From a bacterium (lineage in GTDB: Bacteria > Patescibacteriota > Dojkabacteria > JAKAPS01 > JAJZLI01): a stretch of DNA of 64,000 bases. Position 1 is the stretch's first letter; each line of letters begins with the position of its first letter. Shown one piece after another: positions 51,198 to 62,100 of the stretch. The notes beneath the pieces are model-generated. The model was not told where the DNA came from. It was given only the letters and a program-made list of their open reading frames with translations, and did no database searches. The position numbers and the translations under genes are program-made. Location: positions 604-64,603 of the forward strand of contig JAJZIL010000001.1 in assembly GCA_021810605.1 (NCBI GenBank), in the 5' to 3' direction.

Positions 51198-51359
51198 ATG
51201 GATAAAAAGTTTAAAATTACATTTAAAGATATATTAATAATAATCCTTTTTATAATAATACTCTACCTTGTCTATAGGGATTATTCTATTAATTCAAAAT
51301 ATATAAATTTACAAAATAAGCTTCAAACTAACTCAAATAGCATAATTCCAAAACTTTAA
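51198..51359 (+). CDS. Small single-TM protein (53 aa), not in the ORF track
   Basis: Manual translation MDKKFKITFKDILIIILFIIILYLVYRDYSINSKYINLQNKLQTNSNSIIPKL*; TATAAT at 51181-86. Confidence 0.55.
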   Translation: MDKKFKITFKDILIIILFIIILYLVYRDYSINSKYINLQNKLQTNSNSIIPKL

Positions 51360-51409
51360 TTTATTTTTAAAGATATAAAATTATTTTATTTATATGATAT
51401 AATTTTTCC

Positions 51410-53611
51410 ATGAATATAGAGGAGAAAGCATATAATCCAAAATCTGTTGAAGAAAATATTCTAAATTTTTGGCAAGATAATAATCTGTATTCACCAGAAT
51501 ATAAATCTAATAAAAATAGAAAAAAAACTTTTTCGATAATATTACCTCCTCCTAATGCTAATAGTTCTCTTCACTTAGGAACAATGAGTGGAAATACTAT
51601 TCAAGATATTCTAGGAAGATATCACAGGATGATTGGTGATAAGGTATTACTTATTCCTGGAAAGGATCATGCTGCAATTCAAACTGAAGTTGTATTTGAA
51701 AAAATATTAGAGAAAAAAGGTATAAAAAAAAGAGATCTTACCAGAGAAGATTTTTATACTCAATGCTATGAATTTTGTATGCAAAACAGAAAAATAGCAA
51801 AGACTCAAGAGCTGAATATAGGTCTTAGTGCTGACTATTCTAGAGAAAGATTTACACTTGATAACGATATCACCAATATGGTTTATGATACATTCATAAG
51901 AATGTTTAATGAAGGATATATATATAGAGGAAAAAGAATTATTAATTGGTGCATTAAAGATCAAACAGCACTAGCAGATATTGATACTGAGTATAGAGAA
52001 GAGGAAGGAAAATTATACTATATAAAATATGGGGATCTTACTGTAGCAACTACAAGACCAGAGACAAAAATGGCTGATGTTGCATTAGCAGTAAATCCAA
52101 AAGATAAGAGATATAAACATCTTATAGGAAAAAGCATACAGATAGTATCAATAGAAGGAGAAAGATCATTGCCTATAATAGGAGATAGAGGAGTAGATCC
52201 TGAATTTGGAACAGGAGTTTTAAAAGTAACTCCTGGACACTCAAAGGAGGATTTTAAAATTGGAGAGAATAATAATCTTCCTATAATTAGTGTTATTGAT
52301 ACAAGAGGAAGAATAACTTATGGAAAATATAAAGATTTAAAAATAAAAGAAGGAAGAGAAAAAATAGTTGAGGATCTTCAAAAATTAGGTTTGATTGAAA
52401 AAATTGAAGATATAAAACATAACATACAAATATGTGAGCGATGTAAGCAAGAGATAGAACCATTAATATCTTATCAATGGTTTATAAGAACAAAAGATTT
52501 TGCAAAAGAAGCCATTAAAGCTAGTGAGAATAATGAGATACATTTTTATCCTAAAAGACAAGAAAACAATTATATGAGATTTTTGGAAAATATTGAAGAT
52601 TGGTGTATCTCTAGACAACAATGGTGGGGACAAAGAATCCCTGCATATTACTGTGGAGGAAAAGAGACAATCATTGATAGTAAGGGTGATATAACTGAAA
52701 AGATCTTAGGCTGTGGAGAAATAATAGTTTCTAAAGATAAGCCAAACGAATGTCCTAAATGTGGAAATAAAAATATTGTACAAGATGAAGATATCTTTGA
52801 CACGTGGTTTTCCTCTACTCAATGGCCTTACTCTGTACTTGGAGGAGTTGGAAGTAAGGATTATAAAGAATTTTATCCAACAAATGTTATGGAGACAGGA
52901 AGAGACATACTGTTTTTCTGGGTAGCAAGAATGGTTATGATGTGTATTTATACAACTGGAAAGGTACCTTTTTCAAAAGTTTATCTGCATGGGCTAGTTC
53001 TAGACAAAGAAGGTCAAAAACAATCAAAATCAAAGGGTAATGGTATTGATCCAAAAGATATGATTGATAAATATGGAACGGATGCATTAAGACTTTCATT
53101 AGTATCCTCCATATCCCCAGATCAAGATTTTAGATTATATGATGAAAAGGTTAAAGGTTTTAGAAATTTTATAAATAAAATATATAATTCTTCTAGATTT
53201 ATATTTTTAAAAATAGGAGACCTAACAGAGGATGAGAAATCAAAGCTTAAAAAACTTATAGCTTCAGGGAATATTCATACTAAAACAAATATAAAAATAC
53301 ATGCAGAAATGCATGATCATATTTCTAATATAAATAGATTTATGAAAAATTTTGAGATAGGATTAGCAGCATTTCAAATTCAAAATTTCTATCACCATAC
53401 ATTTTGCGATATATACTTAGAAGAGATGAAAGCACATAATAGTATTGAAGCTAAGGCTGATCTTATAAATATATTCTTACAAAATATTCTACTTATGCAT
53501 CCTTTTATCCCTTTTATAACTGAAAATATATATCAAATATTAAAAGAAGAAAACCTCATTGACAGTAGTGAAGATTCAATAATGTATGAGAAATATCCTG
53601 GGATAAAATAG
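51410..53611 (+). CDS. valS: Valyl-tRNA synthetase (C-terminally short)
   Basis: PPPN...LHLG, PGKDHA, ATTRPET, DWCISRQ.WWG, DTWFSS, DILFFWVARM, KQSKSKGN, GTDALR. Confidence 0.96.
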   Translation: MNIEEKAYNPKSVEENILNFWQDNNLYSPEYKSNKNRKKTFSIILPPPNANSSLHLGTMSGNTIQDILGRYHRMIGDKVLLIPGKDHAAIQTEVVFEKILEKKGIKKRDLTREDFYTQCYEFCMQNRKIAKTQELNIGLSADYSRERFTLDNDITNMVYDTFIRMFNEGYIYRGKRIINWCIKDQTALADIDTEYREEEGKLYYIKYGDLTVATTRPETKMADVALAVNPKDKRYKHLIGKSIQIVSIEGERSLPIIGDRGVDPEFGTGVLKVTPGHSKEDFKIGENNNLPIISVIDTRGRITYGKYKDLKIKEGREKIVEDLQKLGLIEKIEDIKHNIQICERCKQEIEPLISYQWFIRTKDFAKEAIKASENNEIHFYPKRQENNYMRFLENIEDWCISRQQWWGQRIPAYYCGGKETIIDSKGDITEKILGCGEIIVSKDKPNECPKCGNKNIVQDEDIFDTWFSSTQWPYSVLGGVGSKDYKEFYPTNVMETGRDILFFWVARMVMMCIYTTGKVPFSKVYLHGLVLDKEGQKQSKSKGNGIDPKDMIDKYGTDALRLSLVSSISPDQDFRLYDEKVKGFRNFINKIYNSSRFIFLKIGDLTEDEKSKLKKLIASGNIHTKTNIKIHAEMHDHISNINRFMKNFEIGLAAFQIQNFYHHTFCDIYLEEMKAHNSIEAKADLINIFLQNILLMHPFIPFITENIYQILKEENLIDSSEDSIMYEKYPGIK

Positions 53612-53657
53612 ATTAAATTGATAAATTAGATATAAATATGATATTATTCTTTTGTTT

Positions 53658-54311
53658 ATGAAAGATAACATACAGCTAGAAGCTCAAAAAAGAACAATAA
53701 AAGGAAAAGAAGTAGCAGTTCTAAGAAAAGAAGGACTACTTCCTGCTGCTATTTTTGGAATCAATGGAAACCTAAATATCTCTTTAAATAAAAAGGTTTT
53801 CTTGAAAATTTTTGAAAAGTCTCAATATACATCAATAATAGAAATAAAATTGAAAGATGAAACTCATAATGTACTTACATCTGAAATTCAAGTTCATCCA
53901 GTCACAAATGAAGTATTAAATGTTACTTTCCATGAAGTTTCACTAACTGAAAAAGTTAATACAGATGTTCCTATTGAACTTATTGGAGAAGCTCCAGCTA
54001 TAAAAACATATAATGGAATATTAATACACTCTATACAAGAAATTGAAATAGAAGCTCTTCCAAAGAATATTCCTCAAAGTATTGATATTGATATATCTGG
54101 ATTAATAGATATAGGAGATTCAATTCTTGTAAAGGATATACAATTACCAGAAGGAGTTGAATTAGTATCAAAAGAAGAAGATGATCTAGATGTTGCTATA
54201 GTAACAATATCTCCTCCTACAGAAGAAAGTGTAGAAGAAGACGTAGAGATATCTCCAGAGGATGTAGAGATAATCAACGAAAAGAAAGAAGATAAATCTG
54301 AAGAAGAATAA
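53658..54311 (+). CDS. rplY: 50S ribosomal protein bL25/Ctc
   Basis: LRKEGLLPAAIFG, IQVHPV, VPIELIGEAPA, IP.SIDIDISGL..GDSI.VKDI; acidic tail. Confidence 0.95.
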   Translation: MKDNIQLEAQKRTIKGKEVAVLRKEGLLPAAIFGINGNLNISLNKKVFLKIFEKSQYTSIIEIKLKDETHNVLTSEIQVHPVTNEVLNVTFHEVSLTEKVNTDVPIELIGEAPAIKTYNGILIHSIQEIEIEALPKNIPQSIDIDISGLIDIGDSILVKDIQLPEGVELVSKEEDDLDVAIVTISPPTEESVEEDVEISPEDVEIINEKKEDKSEEE

Positions 54312-54373
54312 TCCTATCGGTCAATAATTGGATAAGAATTTTAAATATAAATCTTATTTAGTTTTAATAATAA

Positions 54374-54784
54374 TCAATAAGTATAAATAATATTTTTACT
54401 TTTGGGATTTATTCCATGGTTTAATAAAAACTTCTTAGCTTCATTTGTTTTACTGTGCACTTGAGATAAGACAGTTTTAGGATCTAGAAAGTTTATACCT
54501 ATGATATGGACATACACTTTATCACCTTTAATATTACCACTTGAATTGCTTCCTGAAACATAATGAATTGAGAAATTTTCACCACTATAATTAAGTGCTC
54601 CTAAGCTAAACTTAGATTTATTTATTACTGGAACTCCTTTTGGTATATTTATATTATTTGATATCCCAGATGAAGGATTTAAATCAAAAGCTCCTTGTAA
54701 TAAAGAAATGATTATTATAATTACTATAATAGATATTAATAAATAAATAATTTTTCTATTTTTTTGTATAAATGTTAAATTCAT
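54374..54784 (-). CDS. Membrane-anchored protein, paralog of 55551..55949
   Basis: N-terminal TM; PKGVP...F.L.A..Y...NF..HYV...K.YV.I..INF...A..L..GINPK.KNIIY shared with 55551..55949. Confidence 0.85.
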   Translation of the reverse strand: MNLTFIQKNRKIIYLLISIIVIIIIISLLQGAFDLNPSSGISNNINIPKGVPVINKSKFSLGALNYSGENFSIHYVSGSNSSGNIKGDKVYVHIIGINFLDPKTVLSQVHSKTNEAKKFLLNHGINPKSKNIIYTY

Positions 54785-55542
54785 CCGCTTATTATAATCT
54801 GTGGACCTATAAATGTACTTAAAAATTCTTTTAAACTAGATCTTTGAGAACTATTTGATACTCCAGCAGAACCCACTATAGGAGTATATTCCTCCATCAT
54901 ATATGTAAATAGATCAGTAGTTTTACATTCTGAGTTAGTACCACTACCAGCAACTGCATATCCTGTAGATTTCATTTCTTGTTCAAAAGTAGTTTTATAA
55001 CTAATAAAACTTTGAATAACACAACTTAATCCTGATTGAAATGGTTCTGGGCCAGGAGGACAATTAAAATTTTCTCCATTAGAACCAGGAGCACTAAAAG
55101 TACTTTCTTGTCCCCAGATAGCTGCAATAAATCTAGGATCACAATAATAATTTCCTGAAGAACTCTGACATTCAGATATTATCTGATTTATATTACTAAA
55201 ATGAGAAAAACCAAGACTTGATAAATAACTCTCCATTAAATTAAAATCTGAATTATTTAAAGAAATATTTCCAGAAATAGATATTAAAGGTTGAGAAGTT
55301 GTCCAAGGCTCAGGACAATACCCTGTTGATACAGGAATCGGGGATGTAATAGTAGAAGAACTAGATCCACTTAATATTATACCCGAAGGATTATTATATT
55401 CAGAAATTGTATTTGTACACCAAGGTTGTAACTCAACTCCAGTAGCATAAAGATTTTTAGGGTGTAGAATAAAAATAGCTAAAACTATAATAAAAGTAAA
55501 TGTAAAGATATTTTTTATATATTTATAGTCCTTGTTTTCCAT
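54781..55542 (-). CDS. Secreted protein with putative lysozyme/transglycosylase-like domain
   Basis: Signal peptide; DPRFIAAIWGQESTF resembles the catalytic ES motif of SLT/GH23-73 folds; YTP motif. Confidence 0.6.
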   Translation of the reverse strand: MENKDYKYIKNIFTFTFIIVLAIFILHPKNLYATGVELQPWCTNTISEYNNPSGIILSGSSSSTITSPIPVSTGYCPEPWTTSQPLISISGNISLNNSDFNLMESYLSSLGFSHFSNINQIISECQSSSGNYYCDPRFIAAIWGQESTFSAPGSNGENFNCPPGPEPFQSGLSCVIQSFISYKTTFEQEMKSTGYAVAGSGTNSECKTTDLFTYMMEEYTPIVGSAGVSNSSQRSSLKEFLSTFIGPQIIISG

Positions 55543-55550
55543 TATTTAAC

Positions 55551-55949
55551 CTAATTATATACATATATAATATTTTTTCCTTTTGGATTTATACCGTATT
55601 TTCTTAAATAATTTTGAGCAAGACTAAGATATTCAGATTCCTGACTTTTTAAAAGAGAATTCTGGTAGAAATTAATATTTTTTATATCTACATAAATTTT
55701 TCCTCCTTTTGAAGGATTCTTTGGAACATTTGGAACATAATGAACATCAAAGTTAAAACTATTATAATCTATAGCACTTAGTTTAAAAAGCTTTATATTT
55801 GCAATAGGAACTCCTTTGGGAACTTTTATAGTTTTTTCATTATTATTCTGAAAAAAAAGACTAAATATAATACTTATTATAATAACAATTAGTATTATAG
55901 GAATAACATAATTCAATTTAAACTTTGCTCTTATTTCTGTTAAATTCAT
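55551..55949 (-). CDS. Membrane-anchored protein, paralog of 54374..54784
   Basis: Same motif pattern as 54374..54784. Confidence 0.85.
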   Translation of the reverse strand: MNLTEIRAKFKLNYVIPIILIVIIISIIFSLFFQNNNEKTIKVPKGVPIANIKLFKLSAIDYNSFNFDVHYVPNVPKNPSKGGKIYVDIKNINFYQNSLLKSQESEYLSLAQNYLRKYGINPKGKNIIYVYN

Positions 55950-55983
55950 AATTATATTATAATACTGTTTCCAAATTATATCT

Positions 55984-58263
55984 TTAATTCCAAACTGGCC
56001 AATTAGAAGGAATTGTTCCTGGAGAAATATTTGTTCCCTGAACTTTTCCAGGTGGAGCCCCTAATGAAGCAAGTAGTTCACTATAATTTATACCATATGC
56101 AGTAGAATTTCCAACTGTACCGTTAAATTGACTTGCACCAGCTGCTATATCAGAAATACCATTTGCCCAACCAGTTTCTATTCCATACCCACAATTTATC
56201 ATATTACCTATAACAGTATTTGTTGTAACTGTTTCCCCTACAGTAACAGTAGGATTAATACATTCTGCAACATATGAATATAGACCTGCAGCAGGACCAG
56301 AAGTTAACTGTTCTTCTATAAAAATATTATTAGGACCCCATCCACTCCCATTTGGAGCATTTACATATGTTATTCTCCCTGGACCAAGAGCATATACTGG
56401 GCCTGTACCTGAATAATCAACTCCTTGATCAATTCTCTCTGGAGACAAATTTGATACTGATCTTAAAGGATTCTGATATATTCCTGTTGCAGATACAGAT
56501 GTATTTGTATTTGAACTTGTAAGTATATATTTGACAGGAGTAGATTGTGTACAAGCAAAAGGATTATATGAACCTAAATCAGCTGATACAATTGGATCAT
56601 TTGTAGAAAGAGCTCCTACATAAACAAGGTATAATAGTAATGGATCAGGAAATTGAGATCTATCTGTAATATAATACTCCCCTTCAGGCAAAGGAGAACT
56701 TACACCTGAGTTAGAATTAGTATTTGTAGTATTATTTGAAAAATAAGGTTGAAATTTATGTATATCTAGATTTTCTTCTATTATAGGAACATTCCCTAGC
56801 CAAGGGAATTCATAACTTACTGATTGGCTATTTGTACCAGAACCAGTTGAAGTAAGACAAGCTACAGAGCTAGCTGGTTGTAAAGAAACATTTAAAGATA
56901 CATTTATTCCAATTCCTGAGAACAGATTACTCTGTATTTCTGTAGCTGTTTGAACTTGTCCAATATTAGGTCCTTGAGTAACTGTATAAGAAGTATTATT
57001 TTGCAAAGCAGAAAGTACTCCAGGATAAAGAGAACTAGTTTGAGGATTTACATAATCTTGCCAGGCATTAATATTTGTATGACCAATTGGCTGCCCATCA
57101 TCTAAAGATGCCTCCATATACCATTCATCTGCTAATATTCTATTTAAACCTTGTAGATATAAATTTGGAGAAATACTGTAAGTATAGCTACTTTGACAAT
57201 TTACAATTTTACAACTCTCATTAACATTAATAGTAAAAGGACTACTCATATAACTACTATTTGTAACAGAATTTGTATCTGTTGTATTTTGTTGGCTAGA
57301 TAAAGGACAATACCCTTGAGGAAGATTAGTTATAGGAGGAGTTGGTCCAGACCCAAAAAAATTTAGAACACTATTATAGATACCTCCTAAAAAATTACTA
57401 ATACCAGAGAGCAGATTTGAATTAGATCTATAATATCCTCCTATAGTGTCACTTGAGGTTTTAGTTGGATTATATGGATCTCCATAAGGATCAATTAATT
57501 TACAAGTAAAATTTCCATTATTATTTGATGTAAAAGTAGCACAATCACTATTTATATTATTCTGATTAACAGTTCCAAATTGATTTAAAGGACTACTACT
57601 GACAACAGAACTGTTTGGAAGTTGCAAAGGATTATATTGATTATCTAAAATATAAGTACTTCCTAAGGTAAATAAATCTGCAGCATTCCCAAGATAAGGA
57701 ACTGGAAAAAATGCTACTCCAGAAGAAGGATTCAATGTAGATACTGAAATATTTTCTGTCATTGAATTAGAGCTAACTGTTGAATTTATCAGATTAACAT
57801 TATAACCTCCTAATCCAAGAACATTTGTATTCCCTAGTTCAGAAAAATTTACATAAGGATCCATACCCAATTTTTCAACCAGATATCCATATGGAGTATA
57901 TGGATTTCCTTGCCCATTATTATATGCTGTACCATTAGAATTTATAGAGTCAAAATAATTTAATAAACCAAAATTCTGTAATTGTACATCAAAAGCTAAA
58001 GATTGAGTCGCTTTAAGAGTTTCTGTACCCTTAGAATGATTTACACTAACAACTTTTAATGGAATATTATAACTGAAACTAGAAGGGTTTGTATTACAAG
58101 ATGTAGCCATATGATTAGGAAAACTAAATGGATTTGATCCTGCACTAGGACAAACTACTAAAGGCTCACTAGAAGCATATACACTTCCTACTCTTAGAAA
58201 AAAGACTATTATTATTGAAATAATATATATATATTTATAATGCAATTTTAATTTCGGGTACAT
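55984..58263 (-). CDS. Large secreted Ser/Asn/Thr-rich protein with C-terminal M23-like domain
   Basis: Signal peptide ending VYA; RIDQGVDY...PVYALGPGRI...VTVGETV...VIG follows the M23 layout but lacks the His ligands. Confidence 0.7.
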   Translation of the reverse strand: MYPKLKLHYKYIYIISIIIVFFLRVGSVYASSEPLVVCPSAGSNPFSFPNHMATSCNTNPSSFSYNIPLKVVSVNHSKGTETLKATQSLAFDVQLQNFGLLNYFDSINSNGTAYNNGQGNPYTPYGYLVEKLGMDPYVNFSELGNTNVLGLGGYNVNLINSTVSSNSMTENISVSTLNPSSGVAFFPVPYLGNAADLFTLGSTYILDNQYNPLQLPNSSVVSSSPLNQFGTVNQNNINSDCATFTSNNNGNFTCKLIDPYGDPYNPTKTSSDTIGGYYRSNSNLLSGISNFLGGIYNSVLNFFGSGPTPPITNLPQGYCPLSSQQNTTDTNSVTNSSYMSSPFTINVNESCKIVNCQSSYTYSISPNLYLQGLNRILADEWYMEASLDDGQPIGHTNINAWQDYVNPQTSSLYPGVLSALQNNTSYTVTQGPNIGQVQTATEIQSNLFSGIGINVSLNVSLQPASSVACLTSTGSGTNSQSVSYEFPWLGNVPIIEENLDIHKFQPYFSNNTTNTNSNSGVSSPLPEGEYYITDRSQFPDPLLLYLVYVGALSTNDPIVSADLGSYNPFACTQSTPVKYILTSSNTNTSVSATGIYQNPLRSVSNLSPERIDQGVDYSGTGPVYALGPGRITYVNAPNGSGWGPNNIFIEEQLTSGPAAGLYSYVAECINPTVTVGETVTTNTVIGNMINCGYGIETGWANGISDIAAGASQFNGTVGNSTAYGINYSELLASLGAPPGKVQGTNISPGTIPSNWPVWN

Positions 58264-59101
58264 ATATATACATTGGTAATATGGTATTATTTATTATATC
58301 AGCTTTTGCAGAAAGGATATATATTGGAATTATATTACTATTTTTAAAGTCAATAAAGAAACCTTGCCTCTCAGAGATAAAAGATATATTTTGAATTTGA
58401 AGATTTGTATTAATATATGAAAATGTTTTACTTAAATTACTACCTTTAAGTATAAAATTAGAACTTATAGCTAATCTTTTAGTTAAATTAAAAGGGTATA
58501 TAGAAAAACTTACAAAATTATTACTATCTGTAAAAATAAATTCATCATAAAATTTCATACCGTCTGGTTTATATATATAGCTATTGTTTATTCTTGGATA
58601 ATAATACAGAATTTGATCTAATCCAGAAAATACTAAATTCTTATCAAAATTAATCCCAGAAATCCCAAATGTATTTGAAATAATAGAATTAGAGTAAGAA
58701 TAAATATTTACTTTTTGAGAATCATTTTTAATTGAATAAAAATAGCTATTATTGCTATAAACTAAAGATTGTTCCCCTACATACCATACAGTTTGATTAC
58801 TAGACTCTGTAGTAGGTGGACTACTTATACCAAGATTTGATGCTATCTGATAATCAGTTTTACTAAAATAGAATGAATAATAATTACTTTGAGATGATTC
58901 TAAATTTAGAGAAAATTTCTGATTAATATTTGATACTGTATCATTTGAGAAATTAACTTTTGGAACACTCTTAGATACGGGTATTGTACTTTTTAAAGAA
59001 CTATTAGTTACAACTTTATTAACATTTGTTCTAAAAGCAAAATATAGATATAAAAGAATTATAAATATTATAAATGGCAAAACTAATCTTAGATATTTCA
59101 T
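58235..59101 (-). CDS. Membrane-anchored extracellular hypothetical protein
   Basis: N-terminal TM, beta-rich body, IIPIYIL near the C-terminus; overlaps the next gene. Confidence 0.75.
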   Translation of the reverse strand: MKYLRLVLPFIIFIILLYLYFAFRTNVNKVVTNSSLKSTIPVSKSVPKVNFSNDTVSNINQKFSLNLESSQSNYYSFYFSKTDYQIASNLGISSPPTTESSNQTVWYVGEQSLVYSNNSYFYSIKNDSQKVNIYSYSNSIISNTFGISGINFDKNLVFSGLDQILYYYPRINNSYIYKPDGMKFYDEFIFTDSNNFVSFSIYPFNLTKRLAISSNFILKGSNLSKTFSYINTNLQIQNISFISERQGFFIDFKNSNIIPIYILSAKADIINNTILPMYIYVPEIKIAL

Positions 59102-59103
59102 AT

Positions 59104-62100
59104 TTATTCTCCTAAATATTCCCCTTTATACAAAGTCTCACCTTTGTACAGATATGGATTTGTTGTATTTATTTTTAATATACCAGAAGAAGTTTTTACA
59201 AAAATAGTATCAGCAGTAATACTTCCTGGATTATTTTCTATATTTATAATTTTACCAGAAGTATTTAGAAAAGATGAGGCAGGAGTTGAATTATGATTTA
59301 CTGTATTTGATGTATTATTATTATTTCCTCCAGAAGTTGTTCCTCCTCCTATCAGTGAAGCCATTAACCCCCAACCCAGAACCATTATAAATATTGTACG
59401 TAGAAAATCATCTATATCAAATTCTGTTTTAAATAAAAGAGCTAGTATTCCTATTAGTATATCGAACCCTAAAGATGCAACAGCTGCAGCTTGTCCGAAC
59501 CAACTTCCTATTGTACTTACTACTTTTTTGAAAAAATCTCCTACATAAAAAAATATACCGTGTCCAAAAACTCCTTCTAAAAAGAAATTAATTCCAATGA
59601 CTCCAATTCCAACAACACCAAGACCTGCGAGGGTAGCAACATATCCTCCAACTCCAAAAATTCCAGCACCAAGAGCTCCGAAAACTCCAGCACCACTAAG
59701 AGCTGCTGCCAAACCTCCTGAAATCCCTACTGCAGAAGCTATACCAAAACCTGCAGTCAAAGCACTTCCTAAAAAGCCTCCTATTCCTCTTTGAAAAAAT
59801 AATCCTTTCCAAAAATCTAAAGTTGCTAACTGAGTATCAAAATATACAAGAAAAGCAGGATCAAATATTTTATCTCCAATAAAATTCATAAATCTTGCAG
59901 CTAATCCTTTAACTCCTTCAACTGCTGGATTTAAAAGACGATAGACCCCCCAAGCAGCCCCCACTCCAGCACCAAATAATATTCCAGGAATAGTACCAAA
60001 GAAATAACTAGCTACTAATCCTGCTACTAAACCTGGAGTAGCTCCACTATCAATAAATTTAGAGGTTTTAATTATAGTATCTTTAGACAGAATATTGCCA
60101 ACCACAGCAGTACTTGGATCCATTTTTGAAAGAATTGTCAAACCTGTTTTTAATCCAATATATCCAGCAGTAATTCCCATTAAAATAAGAGGATTTGTAA
60201 CACCCAAAAATACTGAAATTATAACTCCTCCAAAGACTCCAGAACTGAAGTTTTTAAACAAATCTTCTGTCGTTATATTAAACTTAGGATAAAGATTAAG
60301 ATTTATTGTTGTACTAATCTTTCCTAATGCACCTAATCCTGAATTTTTTAAAGCTATAAGAATAGGTTCTTTTAGCTCAATACCCACAATAGATTTTATA
60401 ATAGATTCTGAATCGAAAAGCCTTGCAAAAGCATCCTGGTCTTTCATCTCCATAAATAACTCTCTAAAAGATAAAGAATTATCAGCTCCTTTGAAAAGAT
60501 CTGGGAATACACTACCTACTGAAATATTTATATTTGTTAAAAATTTATAAAAATCAGAGCCCACAAATGAAACACCTAAATCAAAACCTCTAAATTCTTC
60601 CACACTTCCAAATTTTTCAACAAATTCTGGATATTTAAGATCTAAATTTAAACCATGCTCTGATAAAAATGTTCTTATATCAGTGTTTGAAAGACTATTA
60701 TATAGATCCATCTCTCCTCTAGAATTAAAAAAATCTAGTAATTTTCCTTTTAAAATTTCTGGATCTATAAAATTTTTTGCAAGAGGGTCTTTTAATATAT
60801 CTGATATTTTATAATATGAACTCATTTCTCTAGAAACCAATTTGGTTCCAAACTTAGATCCATCTCGAATATTTTGGAGAGATTTTTCAAATCTAGACAT
60901 TATTTCCTCATCTTGTGACCATCCAGCTAGATCTTTTATATCTTCTCTGTATATATTTTTCATCAAAGAATCAAATCTCTCTGAATTATCTAAATTTTCA
61001 TATATATTTTGGATATTAGAATCAGCTGATAATTTATCTATCAATTCTGGACTAAGATTTCTCCCAAAAGGATCTCTTAGTGACCTTAAGAAATCTTCTA
61101 GATTAGTAGCACTCATATTTATACTCTCTCCATAGAAATTGAAAGCATTAGAAGGATCATATCCTCTCAAAACTTCCTGATGTAACAAAGAAGAATCTTC
61201 TCTTATTGTTTTAAGTTCATCTACTATATATCTAGCATCTGGAATGAATATTTTTGGGTCATGAAAATATTCATAAATTCCTTTATCAGAATAGAATCTG
61301 TCTAACATATCACTTGTATATCCACTTTTATAAAATTCTCTATACAAAGATTCTTTTTCTAGTGCTTTTAGGAAATCTAATCTTTCGGAAGTAAGCCTAA
61401 GATCTCCTTCAAGAAGTGTTCTTTCAGCTAAAGGTTTAGAATCAATTATAAATCTTGATCCTCTTTTTCCTATATAAGTAACTATAGATGAAATTCCACC
61501 TGAAACTACAGCTCCTATAACTGCCCCTACTGGTCCTCCAAAAGCAAAACCTATTAAAGCAGCTCCTCCTGTAAAACCAACACCAATATGAACTACATCA
61601 TATGCAGTTATGCCTGATATATTGTGTAGAACTGTATCCTCAAATAAAGATGATTTAAAGAAATCTGCAACCCCTCCAGAAACCAAACCTGCACCTGCTA
61701 GACTTAAGAATAAAGGATTTCCTGTAAAAAGAGCTAGTCCTATACCTACTAGACTTCCAGCTCCTCCAAACTCAATAAGATATTCTGATTTAAATAAAAA
61801 AGAAGATCCTGAATCTAGTGCTGCAGAATAGCTACCTATAGTCCTACCTACAAAAGATAGATCTACTGCTTTCAAAGCAGAACCTACTCCAAATAATCCT
61901 ACTCCTACAGCCACAAGAGGAAGTCCAGTTACCCCAAAAAGTGCTGCTGCAATAGTACCTACAACTGCAGTTGTTACTCCAAAAGTTCCTGATTTAAAAA
62001 TAATCTCAGGAAGAGAAAGCGCTCTGTCTGTCATTGTTGAAGCTATTCTTTCAATAATATTTGAAACTAATGGATTTTGTACAGAAAAATAATTTGCAAA

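Noticed and set aside
135-54277. Other short overlapping ORFs (135, 5165, 7120, 10056, 10383, 12283, 26625, 37925, 38637, 41093, 43448, 45266, 45751, 45930, 46432, 46892, 49313, 49585, 51707, 54074)
   Set aside because: They overlap well-supported genes in another frame or strand and show no motifs.
59597-61831. Short plus-strand Pro/Ala-rich ORFs (59597, 60095, 60842, 61610)
   Set aside because: Antisense shadows of the Gly-rich codons of the 1521-aa gene.
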